64,000 nucleotides of DNA from IMG/VR virus record IMGVR_UViG_3300003937_000247; one strand, given 5' to 3'. This DNA comes from a virus. Within the stretch, counting starts at the first letter, position 1. The number at the start of each line of letters is the position of its first letter. The translations under genes and the position numbers were made by a program. Under the pieces are notes generated by a model that was given only the letters and a program-made list of their open reading frames with translations, did no database searches and was not told where the DNA came from. Of the stretch, positions 49,151 to 59,274 are shown piece after piece.

Positions 49151-50527
49151 ATGTTTTTATCTGAATCAATACAACAAAAGTGGCAGCCTGTTTTGGATCA
49201 TCCTGACCTTCCAGAGGTTAAGGATAGTTACAAACGAGCCGTTACTTCAATGGTGTTGGAGAACCAAGAAAAAGCGCTTAAAGAAGACGCAGCTTTCTTA
49301 ACAGAAGCAGCTCCTACAAACGCAACAGGTTCATCAATACAAAATTGGAACCCTATTTTAATTAGCTTAGTTAGAAGAAGTATGCCTAACCTTATCGCTT
49401 ACGATATCGCTGGTGTACAACCAATGTCAGGCCCTACAGGCTTGATTTTCGCTATGAGAAGCAGATATACTTCTCAAAGTGGTGGTGAAGCTCTTTTTGA
49501 CGAAGCTGATACAGATTTTTCTGGCCGTAATGCGGCTGGTTCATCTGTTGCAGGTGCTTCCGCAGTCGCACACGCTGGCGAAAACCCAGCCGTGCTTAAC
49601 GACTCAATAGGTACTTCTACTGGATACACATCTGGTACAGGTATGACTACAGCTTACGCAGAAGCTCTTGGAGATGCTGCTGCTAACGCTTTCGCTGAAA
49701 TGGCATTCTCAATTGAGAAATCAACTGTGACTGCAAAAAGCAGAGCGCTAAAAGCCGAGTACACTATGGAGTTAGCACAAGACCTTAAAGCAATTCACGG
49801 CTTAGACGCTGAAACTGAATTATCAAACATCTTATCTGCTGAAATCTTAGCTGAAATCAATAGAGAAGTAGTTAGAACAGTTTATAGAACTGCTGAAGTT
49901 GGTGCTGCTGATAACGATAACTCACACGCTGCTATTAACACGACAACAGCTGGAATTTTTGACCTTGATACTGACTCAAATGGTAGATGGTCGGTTGAGA
50001 GATTCAAAGGACTTATGTTCCAACTGGAAAGAGATGCTAATACTATCGCACAAAGAACAAGACGTGGAAAAGGTAATATGATTATCTGTTCTTCTGACGT
50101 TGCTAGTGCTTTACAAATGGCTGGTGTTTTAGATTACACTCCTGCGTTAAACAACAACTTAAACATTGACGATACTGGTAATACTTTTGCTGGTGTTTTA
50201 AATGGCAAATTTAAAGTTTACATTGACCCATATGCTGCTAATTTAGCTTCAAATGCAAGTCCTGCTAAACAATACTATGTTGTTGGTTACAAAGGAACAT
50301 CGCCATATGACGCAGGATTATTTTACTGCCCATATGTACCTCTACAAATGGTTAGAGCGGTAGGCCAAGACAACTTCCAACCAAAAATTGGATTTAAAAC
50401 TAGATACGGCATGGTGGCAAACCCATTTGCTGGCGCTAGTGCGTCTTCAGCTATTACTGCTGACGGTGTTGGTGCAATCAACGCTAACAGATACTACAGA
50501 CGTGTTCAAGTTACGAACATTATGTAA
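49151..50527 (+). CDS. gp23: Major capsid protein gp23
   Basis: LIAYDIAGVQPMSGPTGLIFAMR, SRALKAEYTMELAQDLKAIHGLDAE, FQPKIGFKTRYG. Confidence 0.98.
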   Translation: MFLSESIQQKWQPVLDHPDLPEVKDSYKRAVTSMVLENQEKALKEDAAFLTEAAPTNATGSSIQNWNPILISLVRRSMPNLIAYDIAGVQPMSGPTGLIFAMRSRYTSQSGGEALFDEADTDFSGRNAAGSSVAGASAVAHAGENPAVLNDSIGTSTGYTSGTGMTTAYAEALGDAAANAFAEMAFSIEKSTVTAKSRALKAEYTMELAQDLKAIHGLDAETELSNILSAEILAEINREVVRTVYRTAEVGAADNDNSHAAINTTTAGIFDLDTDSNGRWSVERFKGLMFQLERDANTIAQRTRRGKGNMIICSSDVASALQMAGVLDYTPALNNNLNIDDTGNTFAGVLNGKFKVYIDPYAANLASNASPAKQYYVVGYKGTSPYDAGLFYCPYVPLQMVRAVGQDNFQPKIGFKTRYGMVANPFAGASASSAITADGVGAINANRYYRRVQVTNIM

Positions 50528-50549
50528 TATTTGTTGAGAAACAAATCAG

Positions 50550-50577
50550 AAAAGGGCGCTTCGGCGCCCTTTTTTTT
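50550..50577 (+). terminator. Intrinsic terminator after gp23
   Basis: AAAAGGGCGC-TTCG-GCGCCCTTTTTTTT, with a C(UUCG)G tetraloop and U-tract. Confidence 0.92.
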
Positions 50578-50591
50578 GGCCTAATAAGTCT

Positions 50592-50599
50592 TATAAATA
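50592..50599 (+). promoter_or_regulatory. Late promoter TATAAATA
   Basis: Exact consensus upstream of gp3. Confidence 0.8.
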
Positions 50600-50604
50600 G
50601 TAGT

Positions 50605-51231
50605 ATGACAATTATAAACTCTAATACAAGACAGCCAACTAAACTAGACTATGCAAGTCCTACACAATTTAAGTTTTCTATAATTAAATTACCTAAAGTA
50701 GAATACTTTTGTACGGCTGCAAACATACCTGGTATCACACTAGGTACTGCAAATCAGGATACACCTTTTAAAGATATACCTATCCCAGGTGATAAAGCAG
50801 ATTATGATACTTTGAATATATCTTTTTTAGTAGATGAAAATTTAGAAAACTATAGAGAGATCCATGGATGGATGACTGGTCTTGGTTTTCCTAAAGACCA
50901 TTCACAATTTAGAAATTTACAACAAGCTGGTTCAGATAGATATCCTACTACTACAAGTGAAACTTATAATAAAGAATTAGGACAAGTAGTAAAACAAACT
51001 TCGGATGATGGTGGTTTATATTCAGACGCTACATTATTTGTATTAACAAGTAAAAACAATCCAAATATAGAAGTTAGATTTAGAGATATATATCCTATAT
51101 CATTGTCTGGTTTAGATTACAATCAACAAGCAACAGATATTAATTATCTAACTTGCGCTGTTACATTTCAATACAAGATATATGAGTTTGCAAATATTAG
51201 TGGGAGCACAACTATAGAAACTACTAGTTAA
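50605..51231 (+). CDS. gp3: Tail completion / tube terminator gp3
   Basis: SPTQFKF, ANIPGITLG, FLVDENLENY.EIH.W, SDATL, FRDIYPISLS. Confidence 0.9.
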   Translation: MTIINSNTRQPTKLDYASPTQFKFSIIKLPKVEYFCTAANIPGITLGTANQDTPFKDIPIPGDKADYDTLNISFLVDENLENYREIHGWMTGLGFPKDHSQFRNLQQAGSDRYPTTTSETYNKELGQVVKQTSDDGGLYSDATLFVLTSKNNPNIEVRFRDIYPISLSGLDYNQQATDINYLTCAVTFQYKIYEFANISGSTTIETTS

Positions 51232-51255
51232 TTATAAAATAAATAATATTATATT

Positions 51256-52650
51256 ATGACCGTTCGCAAAAGACCATCACAGCAAAATTTACGTAAATTT
51301 ATTACACGAGGAGGACCAGGAGACAAGTACCTTGGGGAAGGGAAAGTCAATATGGACTCGTGGTTCAAAAAAGAGAATGTAGATATTTTAGAAGACCAAA
51401 TTAGAAGTGGAGAGTTACCATTCTTTTGTGGTGCACCATTTCAAATGGTTTATACTACAACTAGAGGAGAATATGCTCCATGTTCCTGGGTACAAGAAGG
51501 TTTTAATCCTAACATAAAAAATGTAAGTATTAAAAAATACTTTAAAGATAATGCAAATTTAAATGCTCTCCGTAAAGAGATGACCACTCCTGGGGACCCT
51601 TTAAAGTTAGCAAAAAAATGGTGTGTAAACTGTATGAGTCAGGAAAAGATTTATGGTAGATCAAGGAGACAAGCTTCATTAAAAATACAAACAAACGATA
51701 GAGGTTTATGGCCTGGTATAAGAAGAGCTGTTGAAGAATGGAAGAAGACAGGACAAGGTCATTTAGAAGATAGAATATTAGAGATACAAATTAAAGCATT
51801 TGGAAACAAATGTAACCTAGATTGTTATATGTGTGTTCCTTATGATTCTACTACCAGATTAAAGACTATACATTCTGAACAACTAAAAGATGAAAAGGTA
51901 TTTTCAGAATATGCTAAAACACATATTGCAGCTATGCCAAAACAAACTCTTACTTCTATAGTAGACCAGGTAGCTGAACTTGCCCCATACATTTATAACT
52001 TAAAGTTTATTGGTGGTGAACCTTTAGTTATGAAAAACTTTTATGAGATGTTAGACGCAATAATAAAGACAGGACACGCTGATAAAATGTTTGTAAAATA
52101 TCAGACTAATATGTCCGTAGTAGAATTTGAAAGAGTTAAAATAACAAATTATATTCCTCATTTTTTAAACTTTGAATTTACAGTATCTTTGGATGGAGTT
52201 GATAAGTGGGATGAATATATTAGACGTAGGTCTGATTTTGAAGGAATTGTTAACAACATAAGAGAGGTAAAAAAATATCCTAATGTAACTGTAAACGTAA
52301 ATGGAACAATATCCTTTTTAAGTGTATTGAGATTCTATAAATTGATAGAATGGTTTAATGATAATAATGATTTATTCTTTCAGATAAACTGGTCAAATAT
52401 CAGAGGACCAAAGAAATTATGTGCCAATGTATTGCCTGATAAGATCAAAGAAGACCTTATTCCATTGTATAAAGACTGGCCAGACATACAAAATGTTCTT
52501 AAAGAAGACAATCACGGACTAGACTATCAGGATACGCTTGACTACCTTTTAATGAATGATAAATACTATAAAGGCACTAAATGGGATATGAATTTATTTG
52601 AGGTATTTCCTGAACTAGAACCATATCATAATAAAAAGGAGACAAAGTAA
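51256..52650 (+). CDS. Radical SAM protein with N-terminal twitch/SPASM-like domain
   Basis: FCGAPF..APCSW..CVNC, CNLDCYMC, FIGGEP, SLDG. Confidence 0.9.
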   Translation: MTVRKRPSQQNLRKFITRGGPGDKYLGEGKVNMDSWFKKENVDILEDQIRSGELPFFCGAPFQMVYTTTRGEYAPCSWVQEGFNPNIKNVSIKKYFKDNANLNALRKEMTTPGDPLKLAKKWCVNCMSQEKIYGRSRRQASLKIQTNDRGLWPGIRRAVEEWKKTGQGHLEDRILEIQIKAFGNKCNLDCYMCVPYDSTTRLKTIHSEQLKDEKVFSEYAKTHIAAMPKQTLTSIVDQVAELAPYIYNLKFIGGEPLVMKNFYEMLDAIIKTGHADKMFVKYQTNMSVVEFERVKITNYIPHFLNFEFTVSLDGVDKWDEYIRRRSDFEGIVNNIREVKKYPNVTVNVNGTISFLSVLRFYKLIEWFNDNNDLFFQINWSNIRGPKKLCANVLPDKIKEDLIPLYKDWPDIQNVLKEDNHGLDYQDTLDYLLMNDKYYKGTKWDMNLFEVFPELEPYHNKKETK

Positions 52651-53351
52651 TGACACAATTAGACCTATTAGATGAAAGGCGACACGTAAAGGTATATGAT
52701 GGTGAATCTATACCTGATAAGGAGTTGATTGAAAAGATCCTTTGGAGAGCATGGAAAGTTACGCCTTCAAAAAATAATTTTATGCCATATCACGTTAACG
52801 TTTTAGGACCTGAAAGGGCTTCTGAAAAAGAATCAATATGGATGAAATCAGTTAAGAATAAGAAATCAATTAATGAAACAAACATACCCAAGTATCACGC
52901 CGATTATAGTGAAAAACATAAAGTTTGGAAAGAAGATGGTTATAACGCATATTTCTATCATTTAAAATCTGCTCCATATCTTTTAGTTTTTACTCAAAGA
53001 GTATGTACACCAAATGATTATTATAGAAAAAGTATAGAGGGTGGAGACTTCTATGAACAAATGCACGAAGACCATATGGAATCTATGTTGAGAACTACTG
53101 CTGTTGAAGTTGGTATGTTCTGCGCTAATTTAGCTGTATTTGCTTTAGAAGAAGGATTACATACTTCAACTATTGCTTGTTTCCCACACGGAGATCCAGA
53201 TAAATGGAAAGATTTACCGTGGGTGGAACATCCTGTAGTCTTATTAGCAAGTATTGGAAAGAGCGCTCAACTTCGTAGGGAGCATATGAATACAGCAGAA
53301 AGAAAAGATGATATCAAACCTTCTGCTGAAACTGTTATAAAATGGATATAA
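52650..53351 (+). CDS. Nitroreductase-family flavoprotein
   Basis: RRHVKVY, TPSKNNFMPY, SAPYLLVF, ALEEGLHT. Confidence 0.85.
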   Translation: MTQLDLLDERRHVKVYDGESIPDKELIEKILWRAWKVTPSKNNFMPYHVNVLGPERASEKESIWMKSVKNKKSINETNIPKYHADYSEKHKVWKEDGYNAYFYHLKSAPYLLVFTQRVCTPNDYYRKSIEGGDFYEQMHEDHMESMLRTTAVEVGMFCANLAVFALEEGLHTSTIACFPHGDPDKWKDLPWVEHPVVLLASIGKSAQLRREHMNTAERKDDIKPSAETVIKWI

Positions 53352-53352
53352 A

Positions 53353-53934
53353 ATGGGTCTGGAGAACAAGACAATAGTATTATTAATTGATTTTGAAGGC
53401 CATCCTGCAATGGGTGACGAACATACTAACCATCTTCGTTATTCTTGCTTAAATGGACTATTGTCAATTCCAGATTCAGATTTATATATTATATCTAATC
53501 ACTTGCAAGGAATTTCAAGTGATGACAAAAGCACACATTTAAAAATGTGTGAAATAGAAAAAATGGTGGCTGCAGAAGGCAGACACACTTGGAGAAATAT
53601 TGATCCTGATAAAGAAATATCTGTTAAAGATATTGAAGCTATATTAGAGAAAGACGGCTATCGTATTAAAAATGTTATTTTAGGTGGCTGCAATACAGCA
53701 GGTTGTGTTTTAAGAACAAGAGGATATTCTGCACAAAAATGGGCTGAAGCTGGACACAATGTACAGATATATCTTCCTATGTGTGCTGATTATCAATTGG
53801 CAGGTCTTAATCAAGCTGAAAGAAATTTAAAAGCATTTACTATAATGTACACGATTATTAAACATCATAATCTATTTGATAGAATAGATATTGTAAGGAG
53901 ACTAGACCAATTAAAATTTAAACACGACTGGTAA
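53353..53934 (+). CDS. Isochorismatase/cysteine hydrolase-like protein
   Basis: VLLIDF and GGCNTAGCVL catalytic pattern. Confidence 0.55.
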   Translation: MGLENKTIVLLIDFEGHPAMGDEHTNHLRYSCLNGLLSIPDSDLYIISNHLQGISSDDKSTHLKMCEIEKMVAAEGRHTWRNIDPDKEISVKDIEAILEKDGYRIKNVILGGCNTAGCVLRTRGYSAQKWAEAGHNVQIYLPMCADYQLAGLNQAERNLKAFTIMYTIIKHHNLFDRIDIVRRLDQLKFKHDW

Positions 53935-53940
53935 AATATT

Positions 53941-55443
53941 ATGAAAGATATGAATCCAACCGAACTGGATACCAACGAATGGATTGATCCAACTATTAAA
54001 AGACTTGGTAAGGAAAAGGCACGATTAACCAGAGGTGGTCCTGGCGATAAGTCAACACCAGGTAACGTTGATACATCGGAATGGTGGCAAGACGTTTCTA
54101 AAAGAACAAAAGAAACTAGAGCATTCACACCTATAAAAGGCATACCAGTAAAAGATAAAACACTTATACAAAAAGCAAAAGATAAAGACATTTTTTTTTG
54201 TACAATCCCTTTCACACAAGCTTATTCTGAAATGAATGGTAGGTGGCAAGCCTGCTGTTTCGCTCACGCTCCTATGAATGGTCCTACAGTTGAAGATACA
54301 ACTATCAAGGAATGGATGGAAGATAGTTCGTATATGAACTCCATTAGAAAAGAAATGACAACGCCTGGTTCTGATTTGAGGAATGTTAAAAAGTGGTGTC
54401 AAAGATGTGTATCAGACGAAGAAAGATATGGAAGATCCAGAAGAACAAACTGTTTAAAAATCCATACTAATAATTCTGAATTTTGGGATGACATTCAAAA
54501 GAGTGTTGATTTATATGAAGCAACTGGCAAGTGGACATTTTTTGAAAGAATTATAGAAGTACAGTTAAAGATATTTGGTTCGGAATGTAATTTAGATTGC
54601 CATATGTGTATTCACACTAACTCAACAGTAAGACAAGCTGTCGCAAAGAAGGGTGTTTGGAGTAAAGCAATTTGGGAAAAGGATACGTCTTGGCCAGACC
54701 ATATAATTAATTTTAAAACACACGGAAAAGATCGTACAAAAGGTACAATTGAACAGGTGCTTGAGTTAGCACCATACATAAGAAGTATTAAAATTATTGG
54801 TGGTGAGCCTTTAATTATGAAAAAACATTATGAGATGATGGAAAAAATTGTAAAATCTGGACACGCTGATAAAATTTTTGTTAAGTATCAAACAAATATG
54901 ACCAAAACAAAAACAGGTAGACATAGTATATTTGATTATGTACCTTACTTTAAAGAAGTGGCTATGGTGGGTTCTGTAGATGGTGTAGGTAAAACTATAG
55001 AGTATATAAGAAGAAGAACAAATTGGAAAGAGCTTGTAGAAAATATAGAAGAATGTAAAAAATATCCTAATGTAGTTGTTGACTTTAATGGGTTGGTATC
55101 GTTTTTAAGTGTAATGAGATTTTACGAAGTAATTGATTATGTAAAACAGAACCCAAATATATTTCAAATCAATTGGGCTATGTTAGAAACTCCAATACAT
55201 TTAAGACCTAATAATTTACCTGAACCAATAAAACAAAAGTTAATTCCAAAGTACGAAGACTATCCTGACATTGTGGCTGCTCTGGAAAGACCTATGGATC
55301 CAGGAGTTAATATACAAGATATATTTCAATATCTATTAAAACAAGATAAACACTATGAAGGAACAAAATGGGAAATGCACCTGTTTGATGTTTTCCCTGA
55401 ACTTAAAGAATACTACGATCCAAATTATAAAGAGATAACGTAA
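53941..55443 (+). CDS. Radical SAM protein with N-terminal twitch/SPASM-like domain (paralogue of 51256)
   Basis: FCTIPF..ACCF..CQRC, CNLDCHMC, IIGGEP, SVDG. Confidence 0.9.
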   Translation: MKDMNPTELDTNEWIDPTIKRLGKEKARLTRGGPGDKSTPGNVDTSEWWQDVSKRTKETRAFTPIKGIPVKDKTLIQKAKDKDIFFCTIPFTQAYSEMNGRWQACCFAHAPMNGPTVEDTTIKEWMEDSSYMNSIRKEMTTPGSDLRNVKKWCQRCVSDEERYGRSRRTNCLKIHTNNSEFWDDIQKSVDLYEATGKWTFFERIIEVQLKIFGSECNLDCHMCIHTNSTVRQAVAKKGVWSKAIWEKDTSWPDHIINFKTHGKDRTKGTIEQVLELAPYIRSIKIIGGEPLIMKKHYEMMEKIVKSGHADKIFVKYQTNMTKTKTGRHSIFDYVPYFKEVAMVGSVDGVGKTIEYIRRRTNWKELVENIEECKKYPNVVVDFNGLVSFLSVMRFYEVIDYVKQNPNIFQINWAMLETPIHLRPNNLPEPIKQKLIPKYEDYPDIVAALERPMDPGVNIQDIFQYLLKQDKHYEGTKWEMHLFDVFPELKEYYDPNYKEIT

Positions 55444-55503
55444 CACTATATACTTTTATTGAAAAGTATGATATACTATAGTTAAATATACAATGGAGAT
55501 ATT

Positions 55504-55932
55504 ATGACATTTGACGAACTACAAGAGTTGGCTGAAAAAGATTTAAAACTAAATGATACTGAACTAGATATAGAATCATTAAAGACCCCACAATTACATA
55601 ACAAATATTCAAAGTTTCACAATCAATATATTAATCTGTTAAAGAAAGCAGAGCAAGATAGAGATGTAATGGTTAGAGATAAATGGGAATATTACACAGG
55701 TAAAGCAGACGCTAGCGTCTATCAAGCAAAACCTTTTAATCTTAAAATTTTAAAACCAGATGTTGACAAATATCTCAAAGCAGATCCCGACTTAATCAAG
55801 TTGGAACAAAAGGTAGTTTATATAGAGAGTGTTGTAAACTATTTGGACAAGACAATTAGACTAATTGCAAATCGTTCCTTTCAAATAAAGAACGCAATTG
55901 AGTGGCGTAAATTCACTTCTGGCGTTATCTAA
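55504..55932 (+). CDS. uvsY: Recombination mediator UvsY
   Basis: ESLKTPQLHNKY, WEYYTGKA, RSFQIKNAIEW. Confidence 0.92.
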   Translation: MTFDELQELAEKDLKLNDTELDIESLKTPQLHNKYSKFHNQYINLLKKAEQDRDVMVRDKWEYYTGKADASVYQAKPFNLKILKPDVDKYLKADPDLIKLEQKVVYIESVVNYLDKTIRLIANRSFQIKNAIEWRKFTSGVI

Positions 55933-55935
55933 AAA

Positions 55936-57399
55936 ATGCAAAACATTATAGTTGACAAGGTCAATGACGTTTACATTCGGATTGACGCTGACGCAAGTAT
56001 CCGTAGAGAACTTTCCGAGTATTTTTCATTTGAAGTACCTGGCTATAAGTTTACACCCCAATTTCGTAATAGAGTTTGGGACGGAAAAATCAGATTATAT
56101 TCGTATGCTACAGGTCAATTATATGTTGGATTGTACCCCTATCTAAAAGACTGGTGTAAGAAGAAAGATATACATATTGTTGAATCTAGTGAAATATTGA
56201 CATATAATAACGCCATAGCCGCCGATATAGGCGGTTTAATAGACTCTTATGAACTATCTATCACGCCGAGGGACTATCAAATTGACGCTTTTAAATATGC
56301 CTTGGAATATAATAGAGGACTAATATTATCTCCTACTGCCTCTGGCAAGTCATTAATCATCTATATGTTAGTAAGACATTATTTAAATGTCATAGACAAT
56401 AATATACTCATTATTGTTCCTACAACTTCACTTGTAGAGCAGTTATATAAAGATTTTAAATCTTATGGATTTAATGTGGAGAAAAATGTCAGTAGAAATT
56501 ATCACGGATATGATATTGAAGAAGATAAACGAATTGTAATCTCCACGTGGCAATCATTGTATAAAATGCCTAAAGAGTTTTTTGAAGACTATGGTGCTGT
56601 TATAGGTGATGAGGCACACTTATTCAAAGCTGTATCACTTACAAAGATAATGACAAAACTTGTAGATTGTAAATATCGTATTGGTCTCACAGGTACTTTA
56701 GATGATAGTAAAACACATAGATTAGTATTACAAGGTTTGTTTGGAATGGTTAACAAAGTTATATCAACAACTGAATTGATTGATAGAAAACAACTTGCTG
56801 ATTTAAAGATTATGTGTCTGAACTTAAAGTATCCAGAAGTGGAGGCAAAGAAAGTATATGGAGTAAAGTACTTTGAAGAATTGGAATACCTTACTCAAAA
56901 TATTGCTCGTAATAAATACATACGAAATCTAGCCTTGGCACTTAATGGAAATACTTTATGTTTGTTCCAATTGGTTGAAAAACACGGTGAAATTTTATTT
57001 AAATTAATCAAAGAAAAAGTAGACCCTAAACGAAAGGTGTTTTTTGTTTATGGTGGAACAGAAACTAATGATAGAGAAAAGATTAGAGCAATTACAGAAA
57101 AATCTGATAACGCAATTATCATCGCTTCTTTCGGGACGTTTAGTACTGGTATCAATATTCGCAATTTACACAACATTGTTTTTAGTAGCCCTAGTAAAAG
57201 CCCTATAAGAATATTACAAAGTATAGGTAGAGGTTTAAGAGTAAAAGATAATAAATCAAATGCTACTTTATATGATATATCAGATGATTTAACCTATAAA
57301 GGTAAGAAGAACTTTACCTTAACACACTTCCAAGAACGAGTTGAATTATATAATAGAGAAGGATTTAACTATGAAATACATAGCGTGGATTTAAAATGA
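55936..57399 (+). CDS. uvsW: DNA helicase UvsW
   Basis: WDGKIRL, SPTASGKS, GDEAH, GLTGT, QSIGRGLR. Confidence 0.96.
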   Translation: MQNIIVDKVNDVYIRIDADASIRRELSEYFSFEVPGYKFTPQFRNRVWDGKIRLYSYATGQLYVGLYPYLKDWCKKKDIHIVESSEILTYNNAIAADIGGLIDSYELSITPRDYQIDAFKYALEYNRGLILSPTASGKSLIIYMLVRHYLNVIDNNILIIVPTTSLVEQLYKDFKSYGFNVEKNVSRNYHGYDIEEDKRIVISTWQSLYKMPKEFFEDYGAVIGDEAHLFKAVSLTKIMTKLVDCKYRIGLTGTLDDSKTHRLVLQGLFGMVNKVISTTELIDRKQLADLKIMCLNLKYPEVEAKKVYGVKYFEELEYLTQNIARNKYIRNLALALNGNTLCLFQLVEKHGEILFKLIKEKVDPKRKVFFVYGGTETNDREKIRAITEKSDNAIIIASFGTFSTGINIRNLHNIVFSSPSKSPIRILQSIGRGLRVKDNKSNATLYDISDDLTYKGKKNFTLTHFQERVELYNREGFNYEIHSVDLK

Positions 57400-57860
57400 T
57401 ATCAGATGGAGATTTTAAGTTTCTATTAGATAAGAGTCAAGGCTCTACAAAAATACTAGAGATAGGTACAGGTACAGGTAAAAGTACAGCTGCTTTACGA
57501 CTCAACGCTGAGGTGTATACCATTGACAAAAATGATATGTTTGATTATAATGTAGATTGTTATAGATTTATTACTGAAAGCAAAGTTTATTGGCAATCTT
57601 ATACGCACTATGACTTTGACTTTGTTTTTATAGATGGCTCTATAACTAAACTAGACTGTGAACAAATATTAAAAAGAACAAAGGACTCTTTTAAAATAGT
57701 ATTCCACGATTATCTACCTAATGAAGATAAAGACCCAGGCAAAAATAAAGGTTATTATAATATGAAAGTATTTAAAGAAACAGCGTTGTTAAGTTATGCT
57801 ATGGTTGAAGAATTAGGTGGTACTCATTGTGCCATAATAGCGCTTAAAAAAGATAAATAG
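57396..57860 (+). CDS. Class I SAM methyltransferase (Methyltransf_24-like)
   Basis: ILEIGTGTGKST, FDFVFIDG, VFHD. Confidence 0.8.
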   Translation: MISDGDFKFLLDKSQGSTKILEIGTGTGKSTAALRLNAEVYTIDKNDMFDYNVDCYRFITESKVYWQSYTHYDFDFVFIDGSITKLDCEQILKRTKDSFKIVFHDYLPNEDKDPGKNKGYYNMKVFKETALLSYAMVEELGGTHCAIIALKKDK

Positions 57861-57864
57861 TTAT

Positions 57865-58329
57865 ATGATTAATCGCATTGATGATAAAACTGTTAAGATA
57901 ATAAGGTTAGTTTCTGGTGAAGAAATCTGCTGTAAGTTCCCCTTACACAAATCGCAACTACCTGAAAACTCAAAACTATTAAGATTACAGGATCCTATGT
58001 TAATTAAATATGTTCCTCGTATAACTGAACAAGGTATATCTGACTATATTGCTTTAGTTAAATGGGTTGGTTTTACAGATGAAAAAATCGTTACTATACC
58101 TGTTGACAAAATTATAACAATATGCAATGCTACACCTCAATTTACAAAAAGGTATAGTGACCTTTCAAACTCACTAAAACACGCAAAACAACCATTACCA
58201 GGATTTATACAAAGAGATATGACGGAAGAGGAGTTAGAACACGCCGCTTCCTTGGAAAGAGAATTGAACAATGAGAACTTAAAAGACGTTGCTGAATATT
58301 GGAATATGCCTAGTAAAAAGATCCACTAG
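57865..58329 (+). CDS. Conserved T4-like hypothetical protein (Sm-like fold candidate)
   Basis: KIIRLVSGEEI motif; usual position between uvsW and gp55. Confidence 0.65.
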   Translation: MINRIDDKTVKIIRLVSGEEICCKFPLHKSQLPENSKLLRLQDPMLIKYVPRITEQGISDYIALVKWVGFTDEKIVTIPVDKIITICNATPQFTKRYSDLSNSLKHAKQPLPGFIQRDMTEEELEHAASLERELNNENLKDVAEYWNMPSKKIH

Positions 58330-58387
58330 TAGTTTTAAATCTAATCTAGTCACTAGCTAGGTATTCTCGGTAACAACCTACATAGGT

Positions 58388-58416
58388 AGTATAACAACGA
58401 ATTGGGAATATGTCAA
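58388..58416 (-). promoter_or_regulatory. Near-consensus sigma70 promoter on the minus strand (antisense)
   Basis: TTGACA (58416-58411), 17 bp, TATACT (58393-58388). Confidence 0.7.
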
Positions 58417-58422
58417 GCGGCC

Positions 58423-58668
58423 ATGAAAATTAGATTTTATCACAGACTAGACGGCACAAGATGGTTGGGATTCATACTAGCCATAATAGGTACATACATA
58501 CTTTCAGACGCAAATCCTTCAACTCAATGGTTGGGGTGGGCGATTACAACTCTATCCTGTAGTATATGGATATATATGGGTATAAAAGATAAAGATATAC
58601 CTAGAGCATTAATGGAAGTAATGTATTTTTTACTTGCAATAAGAGCTATATTTAATTGGTTATTTTGA
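58423..58668 (+). CDS. Small 3-TM membrane protein (PnuC/SemiSWEET-like size)
   Basis: Three hydrophobic segments; start MKIRFY. Confidence 0.55.
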   Translation: MKIRFYHRLDGTRWLGFILAIIGTYILSDANPSTQWLGWAITTLSCSIWIYMGIKDKDIPRALMEVMYFLLAIRAIFNWLF

Positions 58669-58678
58669 CCGTAAACCA

Positions 58679-58707
58679 TTGACAAATGCGACCATTTATA
58701 GTATTAT
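58679..58707 (+). promoter_or_regulatory. Sigma70-like promoter for gp55
   Basis: TTGACA, 17 bp, TATTAT ending 6 nt before the ATG at 58714. Confidence 0.6.
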
Positions 58708-58713
58708 ATAATA

Positions 58714-59274
58714 ATGAATACAAAATTAAAAATAAAGAAAAAACCTGAACACTATGTAGATAATAAAAAGTTTCTACTAGCGATGATAGAGTATAAGGAT
58801 AAGTGTAGTAAAGCTGACAAGAGAAAAAGAAGCTCACCACCAGTTACTAATTATATTGGTGAATGTTTTTTGAAGATTGCGAATCACTTATCTTATAGAC
58901 CTAATTTTATTAATTATACTTTTAGAGATGATATGATTTCTGATGGTATAGAAAACTGTTTACAATATCTTAAAAACTTTAATCCCGAAAAGTCAAATAA
59001 TCCATTTGCCTATTTTACACAAATCATTTACTATGCTTTTATTAGGAGAATACAGAAGGAAAAGAAACAATCTAATATTAAATATAAAATGATAGAACAA
59101 GCAGGTATAGATGAGTTTGCTGTATTGCCTGGCGATACAAACAATGATTACAAGAATCAATTTTTAGATTTTTTAAGAAAGAACAGGCCTTCAACTGAAG
59201 AACCTGCAAAACATTCAGAAATAAAAGTTAAGAAAAGAAAAAAAAGAACCTACAAAAGTGTTTTGGATGTTTGA
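58714..59274 (+). CDS. gp55: Late transcription sigma factor gp55
   Basis: HYVDNKKF, YIGECFLKIA, DMISDGIENC, NPFAYFTQI.YYAF.RRI.KEK. Confidence 0.96.
   Translation: MNTKLKIKKKPEHYVDNKKFLLAMIEYKDKCSKADKRKRSSPPVTNYIGECFLKIANHLSYRPNFINYTFRDDMISDGIENCLQYLKNFNPEKSNNPFAYFTQIIYYAFIRRIQKEKKQSNIKYKMIEQAGIDEFAVLPGDTNNDYKNQFLDFLRKNRPSTEEPAKHSEIKVKKRKKRTYKSVLDV

Noticed and set aside
52650-53351. Calling the nitroreductase BluB (B12 lower-ligand synthase)
   Set aside because: Only generic nitroreductase motifs are visible; no BluB-specific evidence
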